Notes under the pieces: model-generated
What the model saw: the letters and a program-made list of their open reading frames with translations, nothing else
Database searches by the model: none
What the model was told of the DNA's origin: nothing
Position numbers and translations under genes: made by a program
From: Candidatus Thorarchaeota archaeon
GTDB lineage: Archaea; Asgardarchaeota; Thorarchaeia; Thorarchaeales; Thorarchaeaceae
NCBI GenBank assembly: GCA_003345595.1
Contig: PRDI01000059.1
Coordinates: 1 to 28,095, forward strand
DNA length: 28,095 nt
Reading direction: 5' to 3'
Part shown: positions 25,636-28,095 of the stretch, piece by piece
Layout: every line of letters starts with the position of its first letter
How positions within the stretch are numbered: the first letter of the stretch is position 1

Positions 25636-28086
25636 CTAGCTGATCTCAACTGCCTTTCGTGCGCCATATTTCCATGCGTTGCTCATCGCTTGCCGGGACT
25701 CATCGGTCTTTCCTAGTTGTTCAAGGGTGAGAGAGAGGAGATACCAAAAGTCCCCTTCCGTGTGGTCCATGTCTATGGCTCTTCTGAGTGCACTCTCGGC
25801 ATCTGTGAGCTTGCCTTGACCCAAGTATGCTTCTCCTTTGTTAGCCCATGCATAGGGCGAGTCCCGGTCCCGGCTCAGGGCTTCCTCCGCTGCTTTCAGA
25901 GCTTCATCCCAGCTGTGCATCGCCAGAAGAACATTGGAGAACGAAAGCCAAGGATCTACTGACAACGGGTTCCTGTCGATGAGTTCTCTTGCCAGCTTCT
26001 CACCCTCGCTGTAACTTTCGGTTAGGCAGAGGTAGTATATCTTGGCAGCTGCTCCCTCGGGACTCTCGGGTTCTTTCTCAAGAATTCTGTCTATCCAGCT
26101 GGAAGCCTCCTCCAATCGTCCTCTGTTGAGGCAAAAGAACGCGACATAGGCCATGGCATTCACACTGTTCTTGCTGACCTCAAGGGCTCTCCTATAGGCT
26201 TCTTCCGCCGCGACATAGAAGTCCCTACCTTTGTGCTCCCGTAGATAGCCGACAGACGCCCAGAGTTCGGCATTGTTCTTGTCCAAAGACAGAGCGGTTT
26301 CCGCGAGCGGGAAGGCCTCATCGTACTTGCGTTCAATGATTAGCACCTTTGATAGCAGACTCAGGACACTGGGGTTGGCATCGTGCGGCTTCACCGCGGC
26401 AAGAAGCAGCTTCTCACACTCCGAATAGCGCCCTTGCTTCATGTATGAGTTCGCAAGTGAAAGACGACCGACATGCGTTTCAGTCTCTTCACCACTCTCG
26501 ACTGTCTGGGTGCTGACAATTCGCTTTCTACTGGCCTGCTCCGAGATGACCCTCTCACGGATTTTGACGCACCTCTCAGCCTCTTCTGCCGCCATGCCTA
26601 ACGCTCCTATTTGACCGAGCTGCTCTCGCATCCCGGCTGACAGGTGGAACACAGCTGTATGATCGAACGTTTCAGGTCTGGCTGGATGCAGAGAGATCGT
26701 ATCTCCGGTCACAATCGGTTCAGTGAGGCTGCTGCCTGGGTGCTCTCTCGCTGTCCAGACATAGTCTAGTGCACTGGGCTCATATCTTGCCACCTCGAAT
26801 GGACCTGTGCGATCATCACAGATGACCAAGTTAGTTCCTTGGCTACTACTCAACACACCAACAGTGAACACAGCTCCGTCCTTCGGAAAGACATCGTGAA
26901 AACCCGTTCTCGACCAATGCAGGAAGTCCTCCAAGGTGGTGCCAGTCGGCACATCGATATCTGGATAGTACCAATGCACATCTGTCGGGGGTGCGCCGCT
27001 GACCTCTGTTCTTGCTGTCATCTCGACCACGCCGCGATCAGCTATGCCTGCGTAGGTCCGCACGGATTCTTCTCCTCGCTCGTAGGTGAGCAGTGCGAAT
27101 CTTTGGGTTGGGCTTCTTCCAATCTCTATCACTAACTTGAGAAATTCCTCTGATGACCGGAGAACCTTTCGAGCCTGAGAAACACCCCCACGCATCAGCA
27201 AGCTGATATCTATTGGTTCGTTTGCCACGTTATCGAGAGCCGCGCTCACAACCCATGCCAACGTCTCTTCTGCGTCCTTCCTTCTTCCAACGAAGAGGTA
27301 CGCACGTGCCAGGAGCAGACCGATCTCGACATCTCGTGGCTCATGTTTTGAGAGAGGCTCTAGCACCTCGATTGCTGAGCTGTACTCACGACTCAGCAGG
27401 TGCATGTGTCCAAGTCGCTCTAGGGCAGCTTTGTCTTCGGGATTCGATTCGAGGAGTCTGGTCAATGTGCGGCGTGCGTTCTTGTAGTCCGCAGAGGAGA
27501 TACACAGATCCGCCAGTACCATCATGTCCTGCTGGATTGTTCGGTTCTCCTCGAACACCCACTCGATATACTCTGTTTCAGGTCGCCCAATTACACGATA
27601 CAGGTCACTCAACAGCTTCCAGACGAGGCGTTTTGACGGATCCAAAGCCAGAGCCGTTCTGCATGGTTGTAAAGCTTCAGCGAGTTCATTCGCAGTTGCT
27701 AGGGCCCGGGAGTATCTGGCCCACGTGTCAGCGTCATTGTCCCACGTTTCAACGGCTTTCCTGAACCATTCTTTGGCTTCCTTTGGTTGGTCGACTCGAA
27801 GGTAACAGTCCCCCAATATCGCAAGAACTGAGCGGACGATGTTCCTGAACATTGCTTCGGAATACAGCATGTGGTCTATCTCGAACCTCGGTTCCGGTTC
27901 TGGCGAAACGGACTTCGGACCCTGTTGCAGTATTCGGTCGAAGAGGTCTGCCGATCTCTTCAGGGATGGGATAGCCTCCTGAAACTCGCCCGCCTGATAC
28001 AACAGCTGCCCGAGGACGCCGTGGGTCATGGGACTCTCTGGGCCTGCCTGCAGCAGTGCAGCAGCTTCTGCGATTGTGATTCCCAT
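25636..28086 (-). CDS. Large TPR-repeat protein with a central non-TPR domain; may extend beyond the window
   Basis: TPR consensus blocks (e.g. AWANKGEAYLGQGKLTDAESALRRAIDMD) at both ends. The frame is open to the window edge upstream of ATG 28086. Confidence 0.88.
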   Translation of the reverse strand: MGITIAEAAALLQAGPESPMTHGVLGQLLYQAGEFQEAIPSLKRSADLFDRILQQGPKSVSPEPEPRFEIDHMLYSEAMFRNIVRSVLAILGDCYLRVDQPKEAKEWFRKAVETWDNDADTWARYSRALATANELAEALQPCRTALALDPSKRLVWKLLSDLYRVIGRPETEYIEWVFEENRTIQQDMMVLADLCISSADYKNARRTLTRLLESNPEDKAALERLGHMHLLSREYSSAIEVLEPLSKHEPRDVEIGLLLARAYLFVGRRKDAEETLAWVVSAALDNVANEPIDISLLMRGGVSQARKVLRSSEEFLKLVIEIGRSPTQRFALLTYERGEESVRTYAGIADRGVVEMTARTEVSGAPPTDVHWYYPDIDVPTGTTLEDFLHWSRTGFHDVFPKDGAVFTVGVLSSSQGTNLVICDDRTGPFEVARYEPSALDYVWTAREHPGSSLTEPIVTGDTISLHPARPETFDHTAVFHLSAGMREQLGQIGALGMAAEEAERCVKIRERVISEQASRKRIVSTQTVESGEETETHVGRLSLANSYMKQGRYSECEKLLLAAVKPHDANPSVLSLLSKVLIIERKYDEAFPLAETALSLDKNNAELWASVGYLREHKGRDFYVAAEEAYRRALEVSKNSVNAMAYVAFFCLNRGRLEEASSWIDRILEKEPESPEGAAAKIYYLCLTESYSEGEKLARELIDRNPLSVDPWLSFSNVLLAMHSWDEALKAAEEALSRDRDSPYAWANKGEAYLGQGKLTDAESALRRAIDMDHTEGDFWYLLSLTLEQLGKTDESRQAMSNAWKYGARKAVEIS

Positions 28087-28095
28087 ACTCCGTGA

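Overview
Archaeal accessory/metabolic region. TATA-type promoters, GGAGG/GAGGT ribosome-binding sites, a crenarchaeal-type SSB domain, a CPxCG zinc-finger microprotein, and 24-aa LRR and TPR proteins suggest an Asgard (Thorarchaeia-like) genome; this assignment is inference only. Left part: GPH-family MFS transporter, a membrane protein with an 11-aa charged repeat, a GNAT acetyltransferase fused to an SSB-like OB fold, and a decayed patch (MFS fragment, lower-GC LLM oxidoreductase, frameshifted restriction-endonuclease-like gene). Centre (about 7.2-21.1 kb): a corrinoid methyl-transfer cluster with two UroD/MtaA-family proteins, a pyrrolysine-free MttB-family methyltransferase, a corrinoid protein and an APC permease. 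It adjoins an uncharacterised module (2-TM protein, GNDD-type metallophosphoesterase, divergent Pol-beta-type nucleotidyltransferase), then a Zn dehydrogenase and a GlcD/GlcF-like pair. A GTC(A/T)GAC-core operator-like motif recurs four times in the cluster's intergenic DNA. A ~300-bp unit carrying an unannotated 46-aa zinc-finger gene brackets the glcD/glcF pair as a direct repeat, and a second small gene family has two copies 17 kb apart. Right part: a secreted CBM-like/hydrophobic-hairpin protein, two DUF2178-like membrane proteins with an XRE regulator and its operator, an LRR protein and a TPR protein. No rRNA, tRNA, CRISPR array or transposase was recognised.
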